Shown: positions 27,508 through 37,208, counted from the first letter of the stretch. The stretch is 64,000 bases of DNA from Deltaproteobacteria bacterium (GCA_020353215.1 CP070692.1:139-64138), one strand, 5' to 3'. The notes: generated by a model not told the origin, from the sequence alone. Translations and numbers: made by a program.

Positions 27508-29916
27508 ATGTTGGTCAGCCTGAAATGGCTCCGCGATTACGTGCGGTTTGATGCATCACCAGATGAGATAGCACGCCGGCTTACCATGGCGGGGTTGGAA
27601 GTGGAGGCGGTGGAGGTTGACCATTTCGGGCTGGAATCGGTGGTTGTGGGGCGTATCCATAAGGTCAAACAGCATCCCAATGACCACCGGTTGAAGATTT
27701 GTGAGGTACAGGTCCGTGGTGCAATGTACCAGGTTGTCTGCGGTGCTCCCAACGTAGTGGAGGGACAGACAGTACCTCTCGCGCTCGAGGGGGCTTGTTT
27801 GGCTGATGGTACGGAGATTCGCGCGGCCGAAATCCAGGGTGTTCCTTCCCAAGGCATGGTTTGCTCCGAAAAGGAACTCGGTCTTGGACAAGAAGAGAGT
27901 GGCATCATGGTCCTGCCGTCCCACCTAGAAGCTGGAACCCCCCTTGCCCAGGCTTTGGAGCTTGACGACATCGTTCTGGATATCGGTATAACTCCAAATC
28001 GGCCCGATTGTCTCAGTATCGTTGGAATTGCACGAGAGGTAGGGGCTCTCTTTGGAGTGGAGTGGTCGCCGCCGCGAATTCGTCTCCAACAGAGCAGTCC
28101 CCCAGTGGAGAGTTTGGCCTCGGTCACGATTGAGGATCCTGACCTGTGTCCGCGCTACACTGCCCGAGTGGTTCAGAATGTTACCATTGGGCCTTCTCCG
28201 CTCTGGATGCGACAACGTCTGGAAGCTCTGGGCGTGAGATCCATCAACAACATTGTGGACATTACCAACTACGTGATGCTTGCATTGGGCCAGCCCCTCC
28301 ATGCCTTCGACTATCATCGTCTGGACGGCCACCGCATCGTGGTGCGCCGAGCCAGACCGCAAGAAACCTTCGTCACTCTGGATGGCCGGAATCACGAACT
28401 TCGGCAAGATATGCTCCTCATCTGCGACGCCAGCCAGGGGGTGGCCTTGGCGGGAATCATGGGTGGCCTCAACTCGGAAATCACCAACGAGACCGATGCT
28501 GTTCTAATCGAGAGCGCCTATTTCGACCCTACTAGCACGCGACGCACCGCCAAGACCCTCGGATTGAGCACCGAATCATCGTACCGGTTTGAGCGCGGGG
28601 TGGATCCCGAGGGAGTAATCGCCGCTTTGGATCTGGCCGCCCAGCTGATGGTCGAGCTGGCTGACGGGGAACTGGCCACCGGGTATCTGGACGTCTATCC
28701 GGTTCCAATCCGTCGAGAACCAGTGCAACTTCGCGTCTCCAAGACCAATCGCTTTCTCGGTACCGATCTCACCGGGGCGGAGATTCACCGGCACTTAGAA
28801 TCCATTCAGTTGGCAGTCCGCATGGTAACGGACGACGTAATGGAGGTTGTTCCCCCCTCGTTCCGTGGGGATTTGAGTCGCGAAGTGGACCTCATCGAAG
28901 AGGTGGCTCGGCTGGCCGGATTCGATCGTATCCCCAGCGGACTGCCCCTGGCCCGGGTGAACTCGACCAAGCCGGCCACTGATCAGGCCATCAGATATCA
29001 AGTCAAACAGATCTTGGCTAATCTTGGTTTCTGCGAGATTATTTCGTACTCATTCATCAATCCGGAGGCCCTTGAGCTGCTAGACCTGACTCCCTCCGAC
29101 CGGCGCAGACGGCCATTGTCGCTTCGCAATCCATTGAGCGAGGAGCAGGCGGCGATGCGCACCTCGCTTGTTCCCGGCATGTTGGAGACCGCTGCCAGAA
29201 ACCAGCGCCAGAACAATTTTGACTTGCGGTTGGTTGAACTGAGCAAGGTCTTCTTCCCTAAAGGTGAAAGTGATCTCCCTGATGAGCGGCTAAATCTCTG
29301 TGGCCTGCTTTCGGGACTTAGGCGACCGACGGCGTGGAATGAACCTGCGGTAGCAGTTGACTTTTTCGACATTAAGGGTGCAGTTGAGGCACTTATGCTA
29401 GAGCTTGGGATCACAGGTGCTCGTTGGGAAACTGTGGAGACTGCACCGTACCTGCGGCCCGACGTCTCGGCCCGCATCCTCGTGGACGGCACCCCTTTGG
29501 GAGATCTTGGCCAGGTGCGTCCTCGAGTGGCGCAAGCGTTCGACCTCAGTGGTGACGTGTACATCTTCGATATGGACTTCGATTTCTTTCTAGAGAAAAC
29601 AGAAACTTGGAAAGCCTTCCACCCGCTCCCAAGGTTTCCGGCGGTAAACCGGGATCTGGCTCTTGTGGTTGAGCAGAGTGTGGCTGCTCAAAACTTGCTC
29701 GACTTCCTTGAGGCCCATCGGTCGGAATTGGTTGAATCCATTGCACTTTTTGATCAGTATCACGGCGATCAGGTGGGAAAAGGCAAGAAGAGTCTGGGCT
29801 TCCGTGTCACCTATAGGTCTCCCGATCGGAGTCTTACGGACCGGGAAGTCAACCAGATTCACACCGAATTCAGCAAGAAAGTCGTAGACGCCTTCAAGGC
29901 AGCATTGCGTTCCTAG
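27508..29916 (+). CDS. pheT: Phenylalanine--tRNA ligase beta subunit
   Basis: 802 aa with tRNA-binding N-domain, B3/4, B5 and FDX-ACB C-terminal domains, recognisable by similarity to PheT. Confidence 0.95.
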   Translation: MLVSLKWLRDYVRFDASPDEIARRLTMAGLEVEAVEVDHFGLESVVVGRIHKVKQHPNDHRLKICEVQVRGAMYQVVCGAPNVVEGQTVPLALEGACLADGTEIRAAEIQGVPSQGMVCSEKELGLGQEESGIMVLPSHLEAGTPLAQALELDDIVLDIGITPNRPDCLSIVGIAREVGALFGVEWSPPRIRLQQSSPPVESLASVTIEDPDLCPRYTARVVQNVTIGPSPLWMRQRLEALGVRSINNIVDITNYVMLALGQPLHAFDYHRLDGHRIVVRRARPQETFVTLDGRNHELRQDMLLICDASQGVALAGIMGGLNSEITNETDAVLIESAYFDPTSTRRTAKTLGLSTESSYRFERGVDPEGVIAALDLAAQLMVELADGELATGYLDVYPVPIRREPVQLRVSKTNRFLGTDLTGAEIHRHLESIQLAVRMVTDDVMEVVPPSFRGDLSREVDLIEEVARLAGFDRIPSGLPLARVNSTKPATDQAIRYQVKQILANLGFCEIISYSFINPEALELLDLTPSDRRRRPLSLRNPLSEEQAAMRTSLVPGMLETAARNQRQNNFDLRLVELSKVFFPKGESDLPDERLNLCGLLSGLRRPTAWNEPAVAVDFFDIKGAVEALMLELGITGARWETVETAPYLRPDVSARILVDGTPLGDLGQVRPRVAQAFDLSGDVYIFDMDFDFFLEKTETWKAFHPLPRFPAVNRDLALVVEQSVAAQNLLDFLEAHRSELVESIALFDQYHGDQVGKGKKSLGFRVTYRSPDRSLTDREVNQIHTEFSKKVVDAFKAALRS

Positions 29917-30016
29917 TGGCTGGATGTGGATGCTGAGATTCTGTTATACGGCGGAAAGGCAACGCATGTAAGAAGCGACTGCAAGGGAGTAACGCTTTCA
30001 ACCTTGCGAGTTGGTG

Positions 30017-30337
30017 ATGGCGGAGATCATTCCCAATAAGAGGTTTTTTAGAATCGGTGAAGTTAGTCGGATCGTCGGTGTGCCAGCCCATGTGCTGCGC
30101 TATTGGGAACGAGAATTTTCTTTGGTTCGACCTCGGCGTAATCGATCAAAACAACGGTTGTACCGTCGGAGCGATTTAGAAATACTTCTGCACATCAAGA
30201 ATTTGCTCCATCACCAGAAATACACGATCGCCGGAGCGCGGAAGAAACTGAAGCCTGAGACCACCTCCGAATCCCTGGAAAAAACCCTAGAGGAGATCAA
30301 GGGTGAACTCGTGATCCTAAGACGATTGCTGGATTGA
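30017..30337 (+). CDS. MerR-family transcriptional regulator (small, HTH only)
   Basis: FRIGEVSRIVGVPAHVLRYWEREF is a MerR HTH. The start is taken at ATG 30017; the ORF opens at TTG 30011. Confidence 0.8.
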   Translation: MAEIIPNKRFFRIGEVSRIVGVPAHVLRYWEREFSLVRPRRNRSKQRLYRRSDLEILLHIKNLLHHQKYTIAGARKKLKPETTSESLEKTLEEIKGELVILRRLLD

Positions 30338-30916
30338 ATCCACTTTTTCAGCAAGAGACATATGAATCATAAGTCTATGAGTTGCATATCGTTTGTATTC
30401 TAGCCGTCCGGCCTCGATAACAATAAATCTAAATCCTTCATCATCCGTTTGCTCAACTGCAAACTCCAGCTCAAGATCTAAGCTGTTGAGGTGACAACTG
30501 GGCATGACATTGCATGCTTTACGGATGTTGGTCTTGATTTGCCGGATCGCAGGTAATAGTCCCAAATTGGAATATCCCGTTGTCACTGAGGAGTCTTGAG
30601 ACGGAGTCATCTTGAGCTTCACGAGATGTATCGTTCCTTTGGAAAATCCATCTTCTGCTCCTACTTCCAGACCAGCGACTTCAAATCTTACATCGGATTT
30701 CGAGTTCCTGACAGCTACAACGGCTAAATGAAGTTCAAATCTTTCAATTACTATCTTGAAATCCGCTGATTCAACGCCCTGTGCTGCCATAACTTCATCT
30801 TTTACTGCACGCACAATCTCTTCTACACTGAAGGTTAGTCCCTCTGCATAGCCTAGTGAAAGCCCTGAAACAAGGCTCAATACAATCAATGTTAATCCTA
30901 GTTTTACGCGTAACAT
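30317..30916 (-). CDS. Secreted/lipoprotein-like protein with two tandem Trypco2-like domains
   Basis: Signal peptide MLRVKLGLTLIVLSLVSG. Two about 80-aa units each show 'helix - hydrophobic beta pair (FELHLAVVAV / LDLELEFAV) - acidic loop - ...H.VKLKMTP / HRLMIHMS'. The gene is noticeably AT-rich relative to its neighbours (by eye). Confidence 0.5.
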   Translation of the reverse strand: MLRVKLGLTLIVLSLVSGLSLGYAEGLTFSVEEIVRAVKDEVMAAQGVESADFKIVIERFELHLAVVAVRNSKSDVRFEVAGLEVGAEDGFSKGTIHLVKLKMTPSQDSSVTTGYSNLGLLPAIRQIKTNIRKACNVMPSCHLNSLDLELEFAVEQTDDEGFRFIVIEAGRLEYKRYATHRLMIHMSLAEKVDSIQQSS

Positions 30917-31798
30917 AGAATACTCCAATACATTCGCCTGTGGATTGAAGACAGACTATGCTGTTAACTCACGCTAGCACGTTTGTCCTCGATATGGGTC
31001 GGCAACATTAGGTTCTAGTCTCTTCCAAGTCCTTGATTCTAGCTCTCCATGGACAGAGGAGCAATCCGGAGAAAGTATGGTTTTTATCTCATCCGTGAAT
31101 CTGTACGTTCTAGATACGCCCAGATAGGGGTGTTCAAGCACGAGAGTCCTGGCCCCCATTAGTCCCAAAGCGCCTGCTGACACCTGATTTATGGGTGTCC
31201 TGCCGGATGTCCACCTCGCAACCTTCGAGGTACTGGCGAGATAGGCCTCTGATCCGGGGCCCTGCAGTTGGTGGAACGTCCATCCTCACGGTCCCGCGAC
31301 ACCGGTTTGTGGATAGCACGGACCAGCTGACCTCCGCCCCAACTGCGGCTCTGCCGGCTCCTAGCATAGTTGGAGATTACTGAGGTCTGCTTTATATGCA
31401 GCATTAGTTAGAGACTCTAGATCGCACAGGGCAAGTGAGCTTGACCAAGTCAATTACAGACGAGACTGGGAAACTGTATTCTGCTTGCATGTGCTCTTAT
31501 AACCAGCCGTACGATTAGGTTTCGTGATCAGTACAATACTGGCCCCAGTGTGGTCTAACATTTGCATGGATGAGGCAACCGAGACCCAATCAATGAGAAT
31601 CATTACCGTAATACTACAGCACCCAATCTGTGCCTTAGGGCGGTAAATCATTGTATTCATTGCCTTACAGAAAAGTAATTGCATTTTGATTTCAATATTG
31701 CTATAGATACCCATGGCTCGTTTTACTAACGAAATTAAACGTATACGGGCAAAACCATCGCCTTGAGTTATGTTGCGGGCGTAAAGAGCGGGGTGCTT

Positions 31799-32194
31799 AT
31801 GGATCTTGTCTTGTCTAAAGAAGCAATAAACAATATCGTTGGCGTTCTTGATGAAGATCTGCTCAGAGCTGGCGCTGATTGCGCCCTTCTGGTCGACCGC
31901 TCCGGCAACCTCATTGTCACCCGCGGCGATCCAGCCAACCTTGATGTGGTGGCTCTTGCCGCGCTGTCCGCGGCGAATTTCGGCGCAACTTCCGAAATAG
32001 CTAAACTCATTGGCGAAGATGATTTTGCGCTGCTCTTCCACAAAGGGAAGAATGAGAATATCCATTTCACCAAAGTCGGGAAGGGTTTCATTCTGATCAC
32101 CCTTTTTGGCAAGGACGTGTCTCTGGGGTTGATTCGATTGAAGACAGCTAAGGTGACGGACCAGCTAATACCCATTCTGACCGGAGAGCAGTAA
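31799..32194 (+). CDS. mglB: Roadblock/LC7 GTPase-activating protein MglB
   Basis: LLVDRSGNLI...LAALSAANFGATSEIAKLIGEDDF...FH.G...SLGLIRL is colinear with Myxococcus MglB as I remember it. It ends 2 nt before mglA. The start is uncertain (TTG 31763 or ATG 31799). Confidence 0.85.
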   Translation: MDLVLSKEAINNIVGVLDEDLLRAGADCALLVDRSGNLIVTRGDPANLDVVALAALSAANFGATSEIAKLIGEDDFALLFHKGKNENIHFTKVGKGFILITLFGKDVSLGLIRLKTAKVTDQLIPILTGEQ

Positions 32195-32196
32195 CC

Positions 32197-32808
32197 GTGT
32201 CATTTATTGATCTGAGTAAGAACGAAGTACAGTGCAAAGTCGTTTACTACGGTCCTGGACGTGGCGGTAAGACCACGAATCTGCTTTACGTTCACCAGGC
32301 AATGACAGAGGCGGTACGTGGCAAGATGGTCACAATCGACACCAAGGGCGATCGAACGCTCTTTTTTGATTTTCTCCCCTTGGCACTAGGCAAGATTCAG
32401 AACCTTAGCATCAAGATCCAACTTTATACGGTGCCCGGTCAGGTAATGTATAACGCCACTCGCAAACTGGTGCTGAAAGGGGTGGACGGTGTGGTGTTTG
32501 TGGCGGATTCCCTCAAAGTCCAGAAGGAAAAGAACGTTGAGAGCTTAGACAATCTTAGACAGAATCTCGCAGAGGATAACATTGACATTGGGGAGATTCC
32601 GCTTGTCCTTCAGTACAACAAGAGAGACCTGGGAGGTTCCAATATTCCCATCCTGTCCGTGGAGGAGATGGAAGAAGATCTCAACAATAGACTTCAGGTC
32701 CCCTGGTTTACAGGAAGTGCGCTGAAGGGTGACGGTGTGTTTGAGACCTTGAGGGAGATCAGCAAGCGAACCGTGAAACAAGTGAGCCGCAAGCTGCTCT
32801 CCCGTTAG
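32197..32808 (+). CDS. mglA: Ras-like polarity GTPase MglA
   Basis: MSFIDLSKNEVQCKVVYYGPGRGGKTTNL (P-loop), DRTLFFDFLP, LYTVPGQ (MglA-type switch 2), KGVDGVVFVADS, QYNKRDL. It is near-colinear with M. xanthus MglA. Confidence 0.93.
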   Translation: MSFIDLSKNEVQCKVVYYGPGRGGKTTNLLYVHQAMTEAVRGKMVTIDTKGDRTLFFDFLPLALGKIQNLSIKIQLYTVPGQVMYNATRKLVLKGVDGVVFVADSLKVQKEKNVESLDNLRQNLAEDNIDIGEIPLVLQYNKRDLGGSNIPILSVEEMEEDLNNRLQVPWFTGSALKGDGVFETLREISKRTVKQVSRKLLSR

Positions 32809-32836
32809 AAACCACCATTGCCCGGGAGGAGGGTAC

Positions 32837-34882
32837 ATGGATTTAACCGACGACACTCTGGCGAGTGTTGATGCCAGAGAGCTCGAGGCCGACATTGACA
32901 GGGCAATAGACGAACTCTTCGTACAGAAGGGAGGGGCACCGGACCCTGCATCTCTCGAAGAAGAGCCGCCAGAAAAGGCAGAAGAAAAGCCCGCGGAAGA
33001 ATCAACCTTAGACCTGGTAACTGAACCAGCAGTCGAGCTTTTGGCGCCGTTGAAAGAGAGCCTCCTCACTCTGGACTGGGAGATCAGCACCCACAATATC
33101 AGGGCCTTCGAGAAAGAGTTGCAGGTCGTCAGCGAAGACTTCGGTGAAGACCGTCACGGCATGGCAGTGATAAAGATGACCCAGGGGGTCCTTAAATACC
33201 TGCATGCCACCAAGGGTTCGGCTGCGCCCATATCGATCCAGTTTCTTCATGCGGCCACACGTGGCCTTGACCTTTTTCTGCGCGAGCCAGGGGCAGAATC
33301 CAGCGAGCGTGGTCGAGTCATGGAGGAGTTGCTTGGCCAGTTTCGGCGGTTAAAAGCCGAGATCCAGAAGTTGAAGCCGAGGGCGACGCCACCAGCTGAA
33401 GAGGTGGCAGCGGTGCCAGCGGTCGAGCCGGTTGCTCAGCCAGTGACACCGGAGGAGCCAGAGCCGGAACCATCAGTGAAAGAAGAGCTCAGCTTTGAGG
33501 AGCTTCCCGAAGAAAGACCATTGATGGATACACTTCCAGAGCACGAGCCGCTCCTAGAGGAATTCCTCGAGGATGAAGCATTCCCTGAGGAGACGCAAAC
33601 GGAGGACTCGCCATTCGATGACTTTCTCGAAACAGAGCAGTTACTTGAGGGTCTGCCCGAGGAAGAGCCGTTACTTGAGGATCTGCCCGAGGAAGAGCCG
33701 ATCCTTGAACAGGTAGTGGAGGAAGAGTTGGCTAGCGCACCGCTCGGAGGAGAAAAGCCAAAGCTAGACGAACTTCCGGAAGAAGAACCAGTCATAGAGC
33801 TTTCTTTTGAACCGGCGGAAGCGACTCCCGCAGGCGCAACAGCCCGAGTAGAGATTCCAGGGGCATTGCGGCAATTGACCCAGGAAACCAGACGCCACAG
33901 CAAGGAGCTGTCCACTGCGCTGGCGGCACTTACTCAAGAAACCGGCAATTTCTTTGGCCATCTGATGCAGACAGTCGCAGGCAAACCGGGTCTTGAGAAA
34001 CTTGAGAGTCTCTTTGGCAATGTCGAGAAAACCCTGGGAGAAAAGCTGACCAATGCACAGGCGCTTTCTGGGAATCTGGACGCAGCAGTAAGGAAACTGG
34101 AGCAGAGTTTGGGCCAATTGCAGGAAGGAGCTATTGCTCCAGGTTCGCAGGCTGTCATGAAGTCAGAAGTGGAGAGAATCCAGCAGGCGGTCCAGATTTT
34201 GACTAAGGTGGCGTCAAGACTGAAACAGAACCCGAGCGATATAGACGCCGAACAGGTACCGAACTCAGAGGATGCAAACCCTGATAGTCGGATTGACACC
34301 CCTGAGTTCAGCGTGGACTCATTGGAGTCCGAAGAAGCTAAAGAGACATTCACTCTCGAGCTGACAGACCAGTTGCCACCAGAGCCGAGTGGCGCTGCAC
34401 CGCCGTCACTGGACGCGATTTACCTCGCCAATGTCGCGGCCAGTACTTTGGGCCTTCCTACAGACAGGGTCGCGAATGTCTTCAAGATCTCAAAGGGAAA
34501 GGCGAAGGCTTTGCGCAAGAGAGGGTACGCAAGGTTGACCGACTTCAAAGCGGCGTTCCGCAGCCTCAAGCGAGGCATGACGGGCCCACTCGCCGACCAA
34601 GAGGTCAAGTCATTGAAAAGAATAAGATTTCCTCTGGTCACTCTCAGTCCGGAAACCTTGGGTAGCCATGGCATCAAAGCGACGGGCTCCGCCAGAGGTA
34701 TCGTCCTGTTCAGTACCGGCGAGCGTCACGGCGCCTTGTTTACTGATGAAGTCATGCAAAGGATACCTTACGATGTGATGAGCTACAGAGAAGCTGGCCT
34801 CTCCGGAGAAGTGAGCGGTACGGCGATCATTGAAGGAGACTTTGAGATAAGTGTGATTGATCCGGACTACGTGATCCAATAG
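32837..34882 (+). CDS. Acidic scaffold protein: Hpt-like N-domain - Glu/Pro-rich repeats - coiled coil - CheW-like C-domain (no kinase core)
   Basis: The Hpt-like helix VLKYLHATKGSAAPISIQFLHAATRGLDLFL has its His at 33203-33205. LPEEEPLLEDLPEEEPILE repeats follow. The C-terminal 157 aa (34409-34879) carry a CheW-like pattern (GIVLFSTGERHGALFTDEVMQ...GTAIIEGDFEISVIDPDYV). No HATPase motifs are present. Confidence 0.65.
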   Translation: MDLTDDTLASVDARELEADIDRAIDELFVQKGGAPDPASLEEEPPEKAEEKPAEESTLDLVTEPAVELLAPLKESLLTLDWEISTHNIRAFEKELQVVSEDFGEDRHGMAVIKMTQGVLKYLHATKGSAAPISIQFLHAATRGLDLFLREPGAESSERGRVMEELLGQFRRLKAEIQKLKPRATPPAEEVAAVPAVEPVAQPVTPEEPEPEPSVKEELSFEELPEERPLMDTLPEHEPLLEEFLEDEAFPEETQTEDSPFDDFLETEQLLEGLPEEEPLLEDLPEEEPILEQVVEEELASAPLGGEKPKLDELPEEEPVIELSFEPAEATPAGATARVEIPGALRQLTQETRRHSKELSTALAALTQETGNFFGHLMQTVAGKPGLEKLESLFGNVEKTLGEKLTNAQALSGNLDAAVRKLEQSLGQLQEGAIAPGSQAVMKSEVERIQQAVQILTKVASRLKQNPSDIDAEQVPNSEDANPDSRIDTPEFSVDSLESEEAKETFTLELTDQLPPEPSGAAPPSLDAIYLANVAASTLGLPTDRVANVFKISKGKAKALRKRGYARLTDFKAAFRSLKRGMTGPLADQEVKSLKRIRFPLVTLSPETLGSHGIKATGSARGIVLFSTGERHGALFTDEVMQRIPYDVMSYREAGLSGEVSGTAIIEGDFEISVIDPDYVIQ

Positions 34883-34952
34883 ACCTCCAACGGCCGAGTT
34901 GGTCGGCCTCCTCCCTTGCGAGCCGGGTTGTTACTAGGGGTCGTCTCTGACC

Positions 34953-37208
34953 ATGCAATCGGAAAACGCTAACCAGCCAATCTCTAGTGACCTGTCTCAG
35001 ATCCAAGGGAAGATCGAGGAGGCCGAACTTTACTTAACTCAAGGACTCTTCGAAGAAGCCCGCCAAATCTACCAGAACCTTCTGGACCACATTGGTCCTT
35101 CGAGTCAAGAAGCTGGAATCAATACTTCCGCCCATCACGCCGGCGAAATGCAGCGCTCATTCATTAAAGAACAATTGGCGCTCATTGACCGTCAGGAGGC
35201 AGACTTTCTCGGAAAACCTCCAAGAGCCGAACCAGAAAAGCCAGCCGTCCCAGGAAAAGAAGGAGCTGCCCTCTTCAATCGAGGCTGGGCACTTCTGGAC
35301 ATCGGGATTTTCGCCGATGCGATCCAACAGTTTCATAGTGCCGCCAGGCTGAATTATCGGCCGGTTGAATGCCTGATGGAAATCGGCAAGGCACACATTC
35401 AACTCGGTCAACATAAGAAGGGAATCAAAGTGCTTGAAGAGGCCTCACGGCGCAAGGACATTAGTGCCGAGGACCGCGACCGCTTGTTGGGGCAGATGGC
35501 AAGAGCCTATGAAGCAGCGGCTGACAAGAAAAGAGCCCTTGAGCTTTATCGTCAGTTGGCTGTGCGGGATCCGTATGACGAGGAGGCAGCGAGCAAAGTC
35601 CAAAGCTTGAGGGAGGAAGGCCATCGATATCAACTCAATATGGCAAAGGTTCATCTGCAAAATGGACAGTTTCCGAAAGCAATCGAGACGCTGCGCTCTT
35701 TGCAGCAGAAGAAGGAGGCTCCAGGGCAGAAGCTAGTGCCTGTGTATGAGCAAATCATGCAACAAGATCCGAGTAATCTCGACGCGGTGATGGATCTGGT
35801 CGAAATTTGTAAAAATCAAGGTAACTTGCTACAGGCCAGCCAGTATCTGGAAAGAGTTCAAGAAGCCCGCCCACAGGACGGTTGGTGCCAGCAACAGCTC
35901 ACAGACATTTATACGATGATGCTCGACAGCGGCGCGGCCGGCCCCAACATCCGACTCAAGCTCGCCGGTCACCTTCTCCGATCTGACCAATTGGCCCGGG
36001 CCCTAGAAGAGTATCTGGAGGTGATGCTGGAGGACGGTGCTTACAAGATGGCCGCTTTGAACCAGTTGGGAGAGGCACTGCTGGAGCGCCAAGACTACGA
36101 TCGCCTTCTGGAGATATTGGGAGATGCGTGTCCATGGGTGGAGTCCACCGAGGAAGGAGCTGACGCCCTAAATTATTACTACCTATTGGGGATCGCCTGT
36201 GAAAAGAAACACTTCTACGATCAAGCTCAGGCTTACTTTCAGCGCGCCGTTTCCATTGATCCAGACCACAAGGGAGTACGCGCAAAAGTAGAAAACCAGT
36301 CCAAAGGACCGCTTATTTCCCATGGCAAGTCTTTCCTCCCTGTCCGGTTGCCCGAGAGCCTGGAGTACCAGATACAGGAGGACCTTGGACAAGACGAGAT
36401 TCACCAGGTTTTCAAAGTCCGCGAGGTCCCCGGGGGAGACTTTCGGTTGGCGAAAACCCTTTTGCACAATCATTCTGGGTCAGGCAAAATCAAAAATTTT
36501 GTTGCCCAATGGGCTTACCAACAGGTAACCATGGAAAACCGGAATATCATCCAGGTGTTGGACGTGGCTGGACGGGAGGGGCAGTTCTATATAATAACGG
36601 AAGATCTCCCGGGCAGCCTGGAGGAGTTGCTTAAAGAAAAGACACACTTGCCTTTGGCCGCGGCGGTTTGCATGGCGAGAGGTCTGCTCAACGCCCTCGC
36701 ATATGCCCATTCTCATAGAGGCACCGACGATACCTTGAGGAAAATCTTTCATCTCGCCCTGAATCCAAAACGGGTGTTCATCAGCGCCGATGGCGTAGTT
36801 CCGAAGATTGCCGATTTCGGCTTAACCCTCATGCTGGAGAAACAGCTAGGTTGGGCCCCCAACTACCAGGATCTAGCACCGTTCCAGCTGCAGTACCTGG
36901 CACCGGAACAGTTTGACCGCGTTCCTTCACGGATGCCTGATAAGATGAAACAAGCCGCAGATCTGTATACCTTTGGGGTATTATTCTACCAGATGGTCAC
37001 TGGGAAGGTGCCCTTCGAAGGGCCATCACCTGATGACTTCAAGACCCAGCATGCTGAACGATATCCGGTGCCGCCACGAGTGTTTATTTCTAGCATTCCC
37101 GCTAAACTGGATGAAGCCATCCTCAAATGCCTCCACAAAGATCCGAAGAAGCGGTGGCGCACGCCAACTGAACTAGATCTAGCCCTAGAGAAGATCCACC
37201 TGGGCTGA
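34953..37208 (+). CDS. TPR-repeat protein fused to a degenerate Ser/Thr protein-kinase (pseudokinase) domain
   Basis: About 450 aa of TPR-like helices come first, then a kinase fold. LAKTL stands in for VAIK, HLALNPKRV replaces HRDLKPxN, and ADFG, YLAPEQ, DLYTFGVLFYQMVTG and KRWRTP are retained. Confidence 0.8.
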   Translation: MQSENANQPISSDLSQIQGKIEEAELYLTQGLFEEARQIYQNLLDHIGPSSQEAGINTSAHHAGEMQRSFIKEQLALIDRQEADFLGKPPRAEPEKPAVPGKEGAALFNRGWALLDIGIFADAIQQFHSAARLNYRPVECLMEIGKAHIQLGQHKKGIKVLEEASRRKDISAEDRDRLLGQMARAYEAAADKKRALELYRQLAVRDPYDEEAASKVQSLREEGHRYQLNMAKVHLQNGQFPKAIETLRSLQQKKEAPGQKLVPVYEQIMQQDPSNLDAVMDLVEICKNQGNLLQASQYLERVQEARPQDGWCQQQLTDIYTMMLDSGAAGPNIRLKLAGHLLRSDQLARALEEYLEVMLEDGAYKMAALNQLGEALLERQDYDRLLEILGDACPWVESTEEGADALNYYYLLGIACEKKHFYDQAQAYFQRAVSIDPDHKGVRAKVENQSKGPLISHGKSFLPVRLPESLEYQIQEDLGQDEIHQVFKVREVPGGDFRLAKTLLHNHSGSGKIKNFVAQWAYQQVTMENRNIIQVLDVAGREGQFYIITEDLPGSLEELLKEKTHLPLAAAVCMARGLLNALAYAHSHRGTDDTLRKIFHLALNPKRVFISADGVVPKIADFGLTLMLEKQLGWAPNYQDLAPFQLQYLAPEQFDRVPSRMPDKMKQAADLYTFGVLFYQMVTGKVPFEGPSPDDFKTQHAERYPVPPRVFISSIPAKLDEAILKCLHKDPKKRWRTPTELDLALEKIHLG

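Noticed and set aside
27537-29564. Several 120-196-aa ORFs antisense to pheT
   Set aside because: They overlap the unambiguous PheT frame and show no motifs and no RBS.
31454-32065. 203-aa minus-strand ORF overlapping mglB
   Set aside because: Its upstream half is antisense to the conserved MglB frame. The remaining 31454-31760 part has no RBS or recognisable motif. I treated it as non-coding or decayed sequence.
33436-34353. Ser-rich antisense ORFs (33436-33915, 33764-34117, 33934-34353) opposite the Hpt/CheW gene
   Set aside because: They mirror the Glu-rich low-complexity coding strand (GAA/GAG read as TTC/CTC gives Ser/Phe/Leu runs), so they are not independent genes.
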